Source: Octopus sinensis
Lineage: Eukaryota
DNA: 24,921 nucleotides
Reading direction: 5' to 3'
NCBI RefSeq assembly: GCF_006345805.1
Contig: NW_021836259.1
Location: 1-24,921, forward strand
Within the stretch, counting starts at the first letter, position 1, and each line of letters begins with the position of its first letter. Made by a program: the position numbers and the translations under genes. The notes under the pieces are model-generated. The model was not told the DNA's origin and did not search any database. It was given only the letters and a program-made list of their open reading frames with translations. Of this stretch, positions 10,381-21,693 are shown piece after piece.

Positions 10381-10560
10381 CAAGATATTTGGAAAATAGC
10401 AAAATATTTGCTTTTTCCGGTAGTTGACGAAAAGTTTTTAAAAATTGGTGTGGAACCCCCTGCAAAAGAGGGAGTGCCCCTCAGAAATACCGCGAGAGCA
10501 GTCCAGACAATGTTAGACAATAACGATGAAAGAATGGAACGGGCCCTTAAGAGGCCGAAA

Positions 10561-10727
10561 ATATTCTTTCTACTCTAGGCACAAGGCCCGCAATTTTGGG
10601 GTAGGGGCCAGTCGATTAGAACGACCCCAGTACGCAACTGGTACGTAATTTATCGACTCCGAAAGGTTAAAAGGCAAAGACGACCTCGGCGGAATTTGAA
10701 CTCAGAACGTAACGGCAGACGAAATAC
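10561..10727 (-). mobile_element. SINE family A, 5'-truncated
   Basis: Core gacctcggcggaatttgaactcagaacgtaa; tail tctttctactctaggcacaaggcc. Confidence 0.85.
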
Positions 10728-10924
10728 CTAGACAAACAAGGGCAGACAAACGGATTAAGTCGATTATACCGACCCCAGTGCGTAACTGGTACTTATTTAA
10801 TCGACCCCGAAAGGATGGAAGGCAAAGTCGACCTCGGCGGAATTTGAACTCAGAACGTAGCGGCAGACGAAATACCGCTAAACATTTCGCCCGGCGTGCT
10901 AACGTTTCTGCCAGCTCGCCGCCT
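10728..10924 (-). mobile_element. SINE family A with intact tRNA-like head
   Basis: Ends in ctaacgtttctgccagctcgccgcc, the reverse complement of the head; abuts the previous copy. Confidence 0.9.
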
Positions 10925-11043
10925 TAGAACGTGCATTTTAATATTCTTTTCTACTCTAGGCACAAAGCCTATCCTTCCTTAATACCAGTTCCCATATGCT
11001 ACTCATATTAACGAAGGATAGGAAAATATTAGATTTATAAGCT

Positions 11044-11287
11044 CTAAAATTCCCACCAAAGAGAAATGTATCTGTCCTCATGCTTCTCAGCCTTGTCCAT
11101 CAAACAACCTCTTTCGCCACAGCCACCAGGCGATGGAAAACTTGCCTTGCCTGCCCGATTGAAGGAGGGCGGCGGTGCGATCATCACTACAGACTCGGCT
11201 GCACTGACGCATCCGTCCCACACGAAACAGCAGCAGTTCAACATAAACCCTCAAGTCAGCAGCGCCCAGGCACTGAACGAGGGCGTG
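11044..11287 (-). mobile_element. Tx1-like ORF2 3' fragment
   Basis: Minus translation HALVQC ... AESVVMIAPPPSFNRAGKA; homologous to 5100-5300 and 12780-12990. Confidence 0.75.
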
Positions 11288-11903
11288 AAATCATATTGTC
11301 TCTGGCTAGCTGGTCCTGGCTAAAAAGAAATATATTCGCAGACACGACAGAGTTTGGACCTATATACACTGGAAGCTATGCCAACACTATGGAATAAAAA
11401 CAGAAAAAAGATGGTATAGGCACACCCCAGAAAAGTTCACAGAAAATGAGAAAGCAACCATACTCTGGGATATGCGAATACACACTGGCTGGATATAGTT
11501 GATAGAGATCACCAAGAAAAAATGCTTTTTAATTGATGTATCAATACCAACAGATGACAACGTTTCTCTAACAGAAACGGAGAAACTTTCAAAATACAAT
11601 TATCTGGAATTAGAGGTAACTCGAATGTGGAGTCTAAAACAGAAACAATTCCTATCATAGTGGGCGCATTAGGCATGATTTAAAAAAAACAACATTTATT
11701 GAAATACATAAAAAAAACACCAGGATTAACAAGTATGTATAGCATACAGAAAATGTCACTACTTGGCACCGCACACATCCTACGTAAAACACTTTCAATA
11801 CAGTAACCATAAGAGCAAACCACAGCAAACTACAGCACATAACCAAGGCACACAGAGCAGCGCCCGGTAGTGAAGTGAAAGCACGTGATAAAAACAAAAC
11901 TAT

Positions 11904-11905
<2 letters not shown>
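11288..11905 (+). mobile_element. R4/Dong-clade (RLE) non-LTR retrotransposon 3' fragment
   Basis: HIVSG*..LAKKKYIRRHDRV..IHWKLC..ILWD..LIDVSIP..EKLSKY..IPIIVGALG..LGTAHILRK, stop at 11804-11806, short 3' UTR, then (AAT)n at 11905-11958; the RPD motif region is partly deleted. Confidence 0.88.
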
Positions 11906-11959
<54 letters not shown>

Positions 11960-11974
11960 CGTATGGTTTTTTTA

Positions 11975-12117
11975 GACATTCACTAGTACAACACTAAGTA
12001 CAAAACCAAATATATGGCACCCTAGGCATAACACCAACATGAACTTCCAACTTGTCTCTTGAGGTCCCTGGGTGAGACTTGGAGCCAACTTGTACAAATG
12101 TAAAGCAAAAGTCAAAC

Positions 12118-12120
<3 letters not shown>
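11975..12120 (+). mobile_element. Possible second R4/Dong-type 3' UTR remnant followed by (TAA)n
   Basis: gaggtccctgggtgagacttggagcc...gtcaaacat runs directly into (AAT)n at 12119-12186; recognition by pattern only. Confidence 0.35.
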
Positions 12121-12187
<67 letters not shown>

Positions 12188-12189
12188 CA

Positions 12190-12387
12190 TGGTTTCAAAT
12201 TTTTCCACAAGGGCAACAGTTTTGGGGGATGAGATGAGTCGATTACATCGACCCAAGTGTTCAACTGGTATTTATTTTATCGACCCCGAAAGAATGAAAG
12301 GCAAAGTCGACCTCAGCGGAATCTGAACTCAGAACGTAGCAGCAAACGAACTACTGCTAAGCATTTCGCCCGGCGTGCTAAAGATTC
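12190..12387 (-). mobile_element. SINE family A lacking the first ~15 nt
   Basis: Core plus gcatttcgcccggcgtgctaaagattc. Confidence 0.88.
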
Positions 12388-13132
12388 CGGTCTTTATTGG
12401 CCACAAGAGCAGAACACAAAAACAATTAGGGACAATACAAAATAAGGGACCAGTGGGATTAAAACAGAAAAATATGTAAACAATAGAAAAAATTTAAACA
12501 ACAAAATTCCCCAACAGGTGGAGGTGGGAGTTCCACCCAGGGCCAACCAACGTACCCCACACATCCAGGGTACCCCCAACTGCCAAGGGCATGCCAAGTA
12601 GGCACCCTTCTTCCCCTCAGCTGCTCCAGCTTACGGACGCATATTCAGAGTAGGCCCATTCACATGAATCTTTTTCGCAACATTCACCCACCTTTCAACA
12701 AACTTACTGGCGGAGTGGGGCGGGCAGTACTCTCTACCCTCACTTTCCTTTTCAAGTGGAACTTGTAAAAGTCAATGAGGGCTCGGCCGAAGAGGAAAGT
12801 GTCTGTCCTCAGTCCTTCCATCCTTGTCCATCACACTACTTCTTTCGCCATAGCCACCAGACAGGGGAAAACTGCCTTTTCCTAAAGCCAAAATAAGGCG
12901 GCAGAACAATCCTTACAATGGACTCGGCTGACAACACGTGACAACAGCTGTTCGACAAAGCTCCACAGATCAGCAATGCACGGACACCGGACGAATGCAT
13001 GCAGGATGTTTCCATCGGCTTGCGCATACCTCGGACAAGGTCCGTCTGACAGCACTTCCGTGTCTGTAGAGCTTGTCGCGAACCGGCAGAGCTCCCCGGT
13101 AGCACTGCCAGGCTAGGGATTTCTGGAATAAT
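12388..13132 (-). mobile_element. Tx1-like element 3' end (zinc-knuckle region, 3' UTR, AATAAA)
   Basis: Minus frames QKSLAWQCYRGALPVRDKLYRHGSAVR, LSAESIVRIVLPP, RTDTFLFGRALIDFYKFHLKRKVRV; tttatt near 12392 is AATAAA on the minus strand. Confidence 0.85.
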
Positions 13133-13234
13133 AATAAACCTTTTTTCTAAAGGCAAAAGCCTGATTTTTCTTTCCTTTCTTTTACCTTTTTGGTGGGGGG
13201 AGGGGGGGAGTGATGGTGGTGGTGGTGGTGGTGG

Positions 13235-13340
13235 TGAAAAAGGGGCTAATTGATTACATCGATCCCAGCGCTCTACTGGTACTAATTTCATCGACCCCCG
13301 AAAGGAGAAAATGCGTAGTCGACTTCGGCGGAATTCGAAC
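13235..13340 (-). mobile_element. SINE family A fragment
   Basis: gattacatcgatcccag..atcgacccccgaaagg..cggcggaattcgaact. Confidence 0.75.
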
Positions 13341-13691
13341 TTAGAATGCAGAGACTAAATGATAGTAATAAAAATAACGAAGATGACTTAAAACATGGAA
13401 TGGTCACGGAATGGTCATGGAATGGTCACGGAACCTCTAAATCATCGGGATTGATCTGCGTTTAAACAAAACCCAATAAAACCTATATACACACGAATTA
13501 TTAACACTCACATATACACAAACTCACTGACGCACACACACACATACACACACACACACATAGACACACTGGAGTCACAGACATATATAGACATACACAC
13601 AATCTCACACACCCTCATACAAACACATTCTTATACATACACATGGTCTCAAGTCACACACACACATACAAACACATATATATATATATAT

Positions 13692-15170
13692 GTTTCTTTA
13701 CTACCCACAGGGGCTAAACAAGGAGGGGACAAACAAGGACAGACCAACGGATTAAGCCGATTACATCGACCCAGTGCTTAACTGGTACTTAATTATCGAC
13801 CCCGAAAGGATGAAGCAAAGTCGACCTCGGCGGAATTTGAACTCAGAACGCAACGACAGACGAAATATATATTTCTTTACTACCCACAAGGGGCTAAACA
13901 CAGAGGGACAAGCAAGGACAGACAAGGGATTAAGTCGATTACATGGACCCCAGTGCGTAACTGTACTTAATTTATCGACCCCGAAAGGATGAAAGGCAAA
14001 GTCGACCTCGGCGGAATTTGAACTCGGAACGCAACGACAGACGAAATAATATATATTTCTTTACTACCCACAAGGGGCTAAACACAGAGGGGACAAGCAA
14101 GGACAGACAAGGGATTAAGTCGATTACATGGACCCCAGTGCGTAACTGGTACTTAATTTATCGACCCCGAAAGGATGAAAGGCAAAGTCGACCTCGGCGG
14201 AATTTGAACTCGGAACGCAACGACAGACGAAATAATATATATTTCTTTACTACCCACAAGGGGCTAAACACAGAGGGGACAAGCAAGGACAGACAAAGGG
14301 ATTAAGTCGATTACATGGACCCCAGTGCGTAACTGGTACTTAATTTATCGACCCCGAAAGGATGAAAGGCAAAGTCGACCTCGGCGGAATTTGAACTCGG
14401 AACGCAACGACAGACGAAATAATATATATTTCTTTACTACCCACAAGGGGCTAAACACAGAGGGGACAAGCAAGGACAGACAGAGGGATTAAGTCGATTA
14501 CATGGACCCCAGTGCGTAACTGGTACTTAATTTATCGACCCCGAAAGGATGAAAGGCAAAGTCGACCTCGGCGGAATTTGAACTCGAACGCAACGACAGA
14601 CGAAATATATATATTTCTTTACTACCCACAAGGGGCTAAACACAGAGGGGACAAGCAAGGACAGACAAAGGGATTAAGTCGATTACATGGACCCCAGTGC
14701 GTAACTGGTACTTAACTTAATTTATCGACCCCGAAAGGATGAAGGCAAGTCGACCTCGGCGGAATTTGAACTCGGAACGCAACGACAGACGAAATAATAT
14801 ATATTTCTTTACTACCCACAAGGGGCTAAACACAGAGGGGACAAGCAAGGACAGACAAAGGGATTAAGTCGATTACATGGACCCCAGTGCGTAACTGGTA
14901 CTTAATTTATCGACCCCGAAAGGATGAAAGGCAAAGTCGACCTCGGCGGAATTTGAACTCGGAACGCAACGACAAGACGAAATAATATATATTTCTTTAC
15001 TACCCCAAAGGGGCTAAACACAGAGGGGACAAGCAAGGACAGACAAAGGATTAAGTCGATTACATGAACCCCAGTGCGTAACTGGTACTTAATTTATCGA
15101 CCCCGAAAGGATGAAAGGCAAAGTCGACCTCGGCGGAATTTGAACTCGGAACGTAACGACAGACGAAATA
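13692..15170 (-). repeat. Tandem array of 8 head-truncated SINE-A units (~180-190 bp each)
   Basis: tttctttactaccc recurs near 13693, 13872, 14056, 14242, 14429, 14614, 14804 and 14992; all units share the same breakpoints. Confidence 0.95.
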
Positions 15171-16640
15171 CAACACACACACACACACATATATATATAT
15201 GTTCACGCAAGACGCACACGCTCACGCCACAGACACCGTCACAAATTAGAGACACACACACACACATGTATACATACACAGTCACACGCGTACACATTCC
15301 GCCTAAATTCAAATCACAGCAAAAACAAAAACAAAAAAAAAAACAAGAAAAACACAAGGAAAAAATAAAATAGCAGGACCTCCCTCTAATGCTGACCCTC
15401 CACCTCTCACCACTCACACTCTTCTCTCTCTTTCTCTCTTTCCACCCTATCTCCGTTTCTCTGTTTATCTTTCTTCGCTTTACTCTCTCTCTCTCTCCCC
15501 CCTCTCTCTCTCTCTTTTGCTTATCTCTCGATCGACCGTGAGACATTCATACACGCACGCACACACAGACACACACGCACGTGTGTGTAGACACATACAC
15601 ACATAGATCTATATCTATCTATCTATCTTTCTATCTATCTATCTGTCTGTCTGTCTGTATTATTACACACACACACACACATATATATATACACACACAC
15701 TCATATAACATGTGTTATGTGTGTGTACACATACACACACTCATCTCTCTTTATCTCTCTCTTCTCTTTCTCTTTCTCTTTCTGTATGTTGTGTACACGC
15801 ACTTGTTATACGCTCGCGCGCACACACACTCACATTTATACAAACACGCACTATCACCATCGTTGATATACACACGCAATGACACTTTGTCCTCTCTCTC
15901 TCTCTCTCTCTCACTCTCTCACTCTTTCTCTCTCTCTCTAAATCTCTCTCCCTCTCACTATTTGACTTTTAATCGTTTTTCTTTACACTTGTCATCCCAC
16001 GTATATACATACACATAGGAGCACGCTTCACACGCGCACACACACACACATACACACACACACACATACACACACACACACATATATATATATATACACA
16101 CACACACACACGTACTGGCATGTTGAAGCAAACACGCACACAAGCGCGCGCAGAGTTTAAACGCAATAGTACACACGTTCGATCGCAACGACAGCACACA
16201 CACACACACGTACAGACACGCATACGCTCACACAGGCACACCCGCACACATAGACACACACTCGCAAACACCCATACTCGCATACACACACACACACACA
16301 CACACACTTGCACACACGCACGGTAACGCGCAAAACACGCACAGACACACACACGCACGCACACACACACACACACATACACGCACTGACAGACAGACAC
16401 ACATGCGTACATTCAAGCATACATAAGTATATATTCGCACACACATATAGACACGCATACGCTCACAGACACACCCACACACATAGATATACACACATAC
16501 ATATACACACATACACGCAATGACAGACACACACACATGCGTACATTCATTCGTACATAAGTATATATACACACACGCACATACACACACACGCTCACGC
16601 ACATTCATGTAACAGTTGAATTCCTATACGCAGATAAACG
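15171..16640. repeat. Large degenerate (CA)n/(CT)n/(TA)n microsatellite field
   Basis: Direct inspection. Confidence 0.85.
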
Positions 16641-16646
16641 CACACG

Positions 16647-16902
16647 CACAGATTCGAGCGTTACCCCGCACACACGCACGCACACACGCATACGCACACG
16701 CACAGATTCAAGCGTTACTCTGCACGCACGCAGACACGCATACGCACACGCACAGATTCAAGCGTTACTCTGCACGCACGCAGACACGCATACGCAACGC
16801 CACAGATTCAGCGTTACTCTGCACGCACGCACACACGCATACGCACACGCACAGATTCAAGCGTTACTCTGCACGCACGCAGACACGCATACGCACACGC
16901 AC
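16647..16902. repeat. 50-bp minisatellite, 5 copies
   Basis: Unit cacagattcaagcgttactctgcacgcacgcagacacgcatacgcacacg at 16647, 16701, 16751, 16801 and 16850. Confidence 0.9.
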
Positions 16903-17049
16903 TTACACACGCGAACATAGAGCTACGCACACTTCTGACATCACTACCGTTCCATCACCACCACCACTACGACAACAACGACGACGTCCGCCACCACTCC
17001 CGCTACCGTCTTCGCCGCCGCCACCACCACCACAATTATAACCAACCTA

Positions 17050-17135
17050 AGCGCGAGAGGCCTCTGTGGTCGTTCACACAGCCCTGCTAAAAATAGCAGC
17101 CATATCTCCCTCAAATTACACCCCACTCAGCGTAA
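17050..17135. mobile_element. Short interspersed repeat fragment of unknown class
   Basis: gtggtcgttc...ctgctaaaaatagcagcc resembles 18830-18866 (gtggtcgttcgatctcctagaaataacagcc); both follow ACC-rich tracts. Confidence 0.45.
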
Positions 17136-17169
17136 TAAAAGAAGTAAAAAAGAAAACAAAAAAGAAAAT

Positions 17170-17295
17170 GGGCGTAGCTTAATCTATGCGATCTATGCTT
17201 CCCGATCATTTGGTTCGGGGTTCAGTTCCAATGCGTGGTATCTGGGCTCAGAGTCGTCTTAACTTTCTACGATCCCGCGCAAATCAATGCCTTGG
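17170..17295 (+). mobile_element. SINE family B head, strongly diverged
   Basis: ggcgtagct...tgcttccc...ggttcggggttcagttccaatgcgtgg. Confidence 0.55.
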
Positions 17296-17449
17296 ACCCT
17301 ATCGTTTTTTTTTTTGTTTTTTTTTTTAATTTTTATTTGACAACATACAGAGATCAGGGTTAGGGTTAGGGTCCAGAGGTCAGAATTGGACCCCTTGTTC
17401 TGTGAGGCCCCTGGGCAACTAACAAATGTGTCCATACATTAAGTCGGCC

Positions 17450-17997
17450 TTGTCCGAGCCGAAGAAAAAGACTTGTGAGGGGATTTGGTAGGCGGAAACC
17501 GTGTGGAAGCCCTTCGTACCTCTGTGTGTGTGTTTGTGTGTGTTTGCTTTTGTGCGTGCGCGCGCGAGTTGGGTGTTTTTGTCTCCTTTCCCTGGCTTCA
17601 CTCATTGGATTGTGGTCATGCTGGAATACCACACACACACACTTACATACATACATACACACACACACACTTACATACATACATACACACACACACACAC
17701 GCGCGCACAGACATACATTGTATTAATTGGTGATGGTCATATTTTGCCAATTATGTATGTGTGTTATGTGTGTGTAAGTGTGTGTGTGTTTATGATAGTC
17801 ATTATCTCACCATTTGACAACCGCTGTTATTTTGTTTACATCCTTGTAACTTAGCGGTTCGGCAAAAAGGAAGTGATAGAACCAGTACCAGACTTCGATA
17901 AATAAAGAACTGGCGTCGATTTGTTTGACTTGAAACATTTTTTTTAAGTGGTGCTCCAGCATGGCCGCAATAAAATTATTGAAACAAGTAAAAACAT
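17450..17997 (+). mobile_element. SINE family B core and 3' part with an expanded internal microsatellite
   Basis: ttgtgaggggatttggtaggcggaaac ... gtaacttagcggttcggcaaaaa ... ggtgctccagcatggccgca ... gaaacaagtaaaa. Confidence 0.7.
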
Positions 17998-18139
17998 AAT
18001 TATAAGAAAAAAATATAAGGCATATTGATTGGATCATGCAGAGATGTGTGAGAATAAACGAAATGACGGGATGGTCACCGTTGGATTGATATTGGTCGTG
18101 GATCTGCTTGCTCAGTCGCGTGTGACATGAGTATAACGA

Positions 18140-18820
18140 TAACAATCGCTTCAACCACAGCAGTACCCATCACCATCGCCGCCGCCGCCTCCATCGCCAC
18201 CACCACCACCACTACCATCGGCACCACCATCGGCACCGCCATCGCCGCCGCTACCACCACCACCACTACCATCGGCACCACCGCCACCAGCACCACCAAC
18301 ACTATCGCCGCCACCGTACTGCCAAATACTACCATTACCAACACCACTACCACCGACACCATCACAATCAGCAGCACACCCACCACCACCACCACCACCA
18401 CCACCACAACCACAACCACCGCCGCCACCATCGCCACCGCAACTAACACCATTACTATCATCACCACTACCACCAAAAGTACTACAACCACAACTGTCAA
18501 TCAGCACCATACTTACAACCACCACTTTCCCCACCACAACCACCACCACTTTCCCCACCACAACCACCACCACTTTCCCCACCACAACCACCACCACTGC
18601 CGCCATTATTACCACCACCACCACCACCACCACCAGCAACAACAACAACAACCACTACTGCGAAACATTCACTGCTACTAAGAGCAATAAACACAACCAC
18701 TACCACTACCACCACCACCGCCGCCACCGCCGCCACCGCCGCCTACAACACTTTCCCCATCAGCACTATTCCCACCCACCCATCTACCCACCCAAACACC
18801 GCCACCGCCATCGCCAACAG
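18140..18820. repeat. (ACC/GCC/CAC)n low-complexity tract with internal ccaccacaaccaccaccactttcc repeats
   Basis: Direct inspection. Confidence 0.9.
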
Positions 18821-19224
18821 CGAGACGTTAAGTGGTCGTTCGATCTCCTAGAAATAACAGCCAAAATGTTTTTTTTTTTTCTAGTCTAGAAATCAAGAAA
18901 AAAAAACAAATAACCACCGTTTTCGAAAAAAATGTTTATTGGATTCGATATCAATTTCCATCCATAATTAGATGGGAAAGCCACGGGTGGAATGCCTTTG
19001 ATCATCACAGCATTATTTCTTCTTTTTCCCTCCTCTCCTACCGCAAATACAAACTCTAGCAACGCCTCCCTTCCTTCCATCTTAATTCCGTTCAATAAAA
19101 GAAATATACCTCTTACCATTCCTCACTGTCGCTGCCACCACCGCACGCTTTTCCTTTAACTTATATTTTTTTTTATTATTTATTAATTATTTTGTTTAGA
19201 CTTTTTTTTTTTCTTAATGTATTC

Positions 19225-19371
19225 GGATACGTGTGGGAATGTGTGCGTGCGCGTGTGTGCGTGTATGTGTAGGTATGCGTGAATTGTGTATGGGAGTGTG
19301 GTTGGCGTGTGTGTGTGTGTGTCTGAGTGTGTGTTGCGTGTGTGTTTCAGTGTGTCCTATGAGTGTGCGTA

Positions 19372-19412
<41 letters not shown>

Positions 19413-19460
19413 TGAGTGTGTGTTGCGTGTGTGTTTCAGTGTGTCCTATGAGTGTGCGTA

Positions 19461-19496
<36 letters not shown>

Positions 19497-19797
19497 CTGT
19501 GTGTGTGTCTGAGTGTGTGTTGCGTGTGTGTTTCAGTGTGTCCTATGAGTGTGCGTAGCGTGTGCGTGTGTGTGTGTGTGTGTGTATGTTGCCTTGTGTA
19601 GTTTTTTTTTGTCTTTTTTTTTATTCACCACCCGAATTCACACGCCTTCCATATTTTCCTCCTTCCCCCTCCTCCTCCTCCTCCTCCTCCCACTGAATAT
19701 TTGTCTGTCTCACACACACACCCTCTCTCTCTCTCTCTCTCTTTCTGTCTATCTTTTTCTTCAAAAGAGATAGAGATAGACAGAGCGACAGATACAT

Positions 19798-19835
<38 letters not shown>

Positions 19836-20069
19836 ATATATATATGTGTGTGTATATATATATGTTTGTATATATATATATGTGTGTGTATATATATATG
19901 TTTGTATATATATATATGTGTGTGTGTATATATATGTTTGTATATATATAGGTGTATATATATATGTGTATATATATGTGTGTGTGTATATATATGTTTG
20001 TATATATATGTGTATATATATAGGTGTATATATATATGTGTATATATATGTGTGTGTATATATAATGTG

Positions 20070-20100
<31 letters not shown>

Positions 20101-20125
20101 CTCTCTCTCTCTCTTTCTCTCTTCC
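19225..20125. repeat. (GT)n block with a triplicated ~90-bp unit, followed by (CT)n and (TA/TG)n tracts
   Basis: gtctgagtgtgtgttgcgtgtgtgtttcagtgtgtcctatgagtgtgcgtagcg occurs three times (near 19321, 19409, 19507). Confidence 0.9.
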
Positions 20126-20746
20126 TCTCCCCCTTCCTTCCACCTGCTGATCTAAATGCAGTCCCCACCCCCACCCCCCCTGGTCCTTGCCGCCCGTTGA
20201 CAGTCGGGCAGTCGAGCAGGCAGTGAGGCAGCCAGCCAGCCAACCAGCCAGGCAGGCAGGCAGGCAGTCAGTTGAATGACGACGAACAGACAAGTTTGTT
20301 GTTGTTTTGTCCTTCCTTCCTCTTCACCCCCTCCCTTTCTTTCTATCTCTCTCTCTCTCTCTCCTTTACTTTTTTCTTTTTCTTTTAATAAGCAAGTCAC
20401 AGAAGAAGCAAAGAAAAAACAAAAAAAAAACAAAAAAACTAGAGAAAGAATAAAAAGAGCAAAACAAAAAAAGAAGAAAAAAGAAAAGCGAGGGCGCGAG
20501 GAGAAAAACCCAAAAAAGAAAAGAAAGAAAGAAAGAAAGAAAACAAAAGAACAACAGGGCGGGAGATAAGAGAAGCGAGTGAAAGAGACAGAGAAAGAGA
20601 AAGAGAGAGCGAGAGAGAGAGAAGAGTGGAGCGACGAAGGGCTGAGGGAGGGCAATTGGGAGTGTGAGAGAACTTGTGCTGGATTCAGGCACACGTTCAC
20701 AAGTAATCTTCGTCTTTATCCGGAAGGAAGGCTGCAGCGACTGAGG

Positions 20747-20797
20747 ATGCATTCTGAAAAACTTTCTTCTACCACCGGCGAAGGGCGGAAAGTAAGT
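20747..20797 (+). other. Candidate host exon end: ATG-initiated 15-codon segment (MHSEKLSSTTGEGRK) followed by a GTAAGT splice donor
   Basis: A at -3 of the ATG; perfect donor consensus at 20792-20797; non-repetitive GC-richer context. No recognisable protein. Confidence 0.3.
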
Positions 20798-21084
20798 GGA
20801 CGAGATACCTTATTTATATTTAGTTATTTTGTTTTGTTACAATCACCTGTTGTTGTTTTGAGTATTTTGTATTGTTCAAAATGCTGTGTTGTTGTGTTGT
20901 TGACGAGCTTAAACTAAAAGTATTTCAAAAGGGTCTTTATTATTTTTTTTCTTTAAGCTTGTTGTTTGTCTATAATGTTATTAATAAATTGCCTGCTTAC
21001 CTACATTAGCGGAATTTCTTTCTTCCGGCTTTTTCTTTTTTTTTTTTTTTGTTCTCTTTATGCAATTTCTTTATTTGAACCTTC

Positions 21085-21232
21085 TGTGTTCAAATCCCGA
21101 CGAGGCCAACCAACTACGTCTTTCATTTCTTTCGGAGTGGATATATTATCGGCCGACATTACTGGGGGGTCGCTGGTGTCAATTGACCCCTCCCCACTAA
21201 AACTGTGCTGGCTACTGTGCCCATAATCAGAA
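21085..21232 (+). mobile_element. SINE family A, diverged
   Basis: gttcaaatcccgacgaggccaac...tttcggagt...ccctccccactaaaactgtgctggc. Confidence 0.65.
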
Positions 21233-21435
21233 CCCAGATTTGTGGGGTTTCCAAGAGCAGCCCATGAAGGGTCTCACCTCTTTTGAGGAATTTTGTTATT
21301 ATAATCGATTGATTTTCATTGTTTACACGACATTCATGTAACCTCACATTCTATTTGTCCTGAGTTGCCCACAATGTTTTTTAATATAAACCCTTTGTGG
21401 ATAATAAAGAAGTAATTATTATTATTATTATTATT

Positions 21436-21587
21436 AAATTCCGCCGAGGTCGACTTTGCCTTTCATCCTTTCGGGGTCGATAAATTAAGCACCAGTTACA
21501 CACTGGGATCGATATAATCGACTTAATCCGTTTGTCTATCCTTGTTTGTCCCCTCTATGTTTAGCCCCTTGTGGGTAATAAAGAAAC
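21436..21587 (+). mobile_element. SINE family A, 5'-truncated, little diverged
   Basis: aaattccgccgaggtcgactttgcc...gccccttgtgggtaataaagaaac. Confidence 0.9.
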
Positions 21588-21606
21588 AATTATTATTATT
21601 ATTATT

Positions 21607-21693
21607 AAATTCCCCTGTGGTCCACTTTTCCTTTCATCCTTTCTGAGTCGATAAATTAAGTACCAGTTGAGCACTGGAGTCCATCAACTTACC
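21607..21693 (+). mobile_element. SINE family A fragment, tandem to the previous copy
   Basis: aaattcccctgtggtccacttttcctttcatcctttc; like the previous copy it starts at aaattcc after an (ATT)n run. Confidence 0.7.

Noticed and set aside
13692-15373. Repeated ORFs such as MRNWYLIYRPRKDERQSRPRRNLNSER
   Set aside because: Antisense translations of SINE-A; the same peptide appears wherever the SINE occurs
17356-17376. Interstitial telomere (also 10084-10095 and 22668-22690)
   Set aside because: Only 2-3 TTAGGG/CCCTAA units each, embedded in repeats; too short to indicate a chromosome fusion or telomere addition
18075-18736. Mucin-like Thr-rich or Gly-rich ORFs
   Set aside because: Low-complexity ACC/GCC tract with overlapping ORFs on both strands and no credible start or domain
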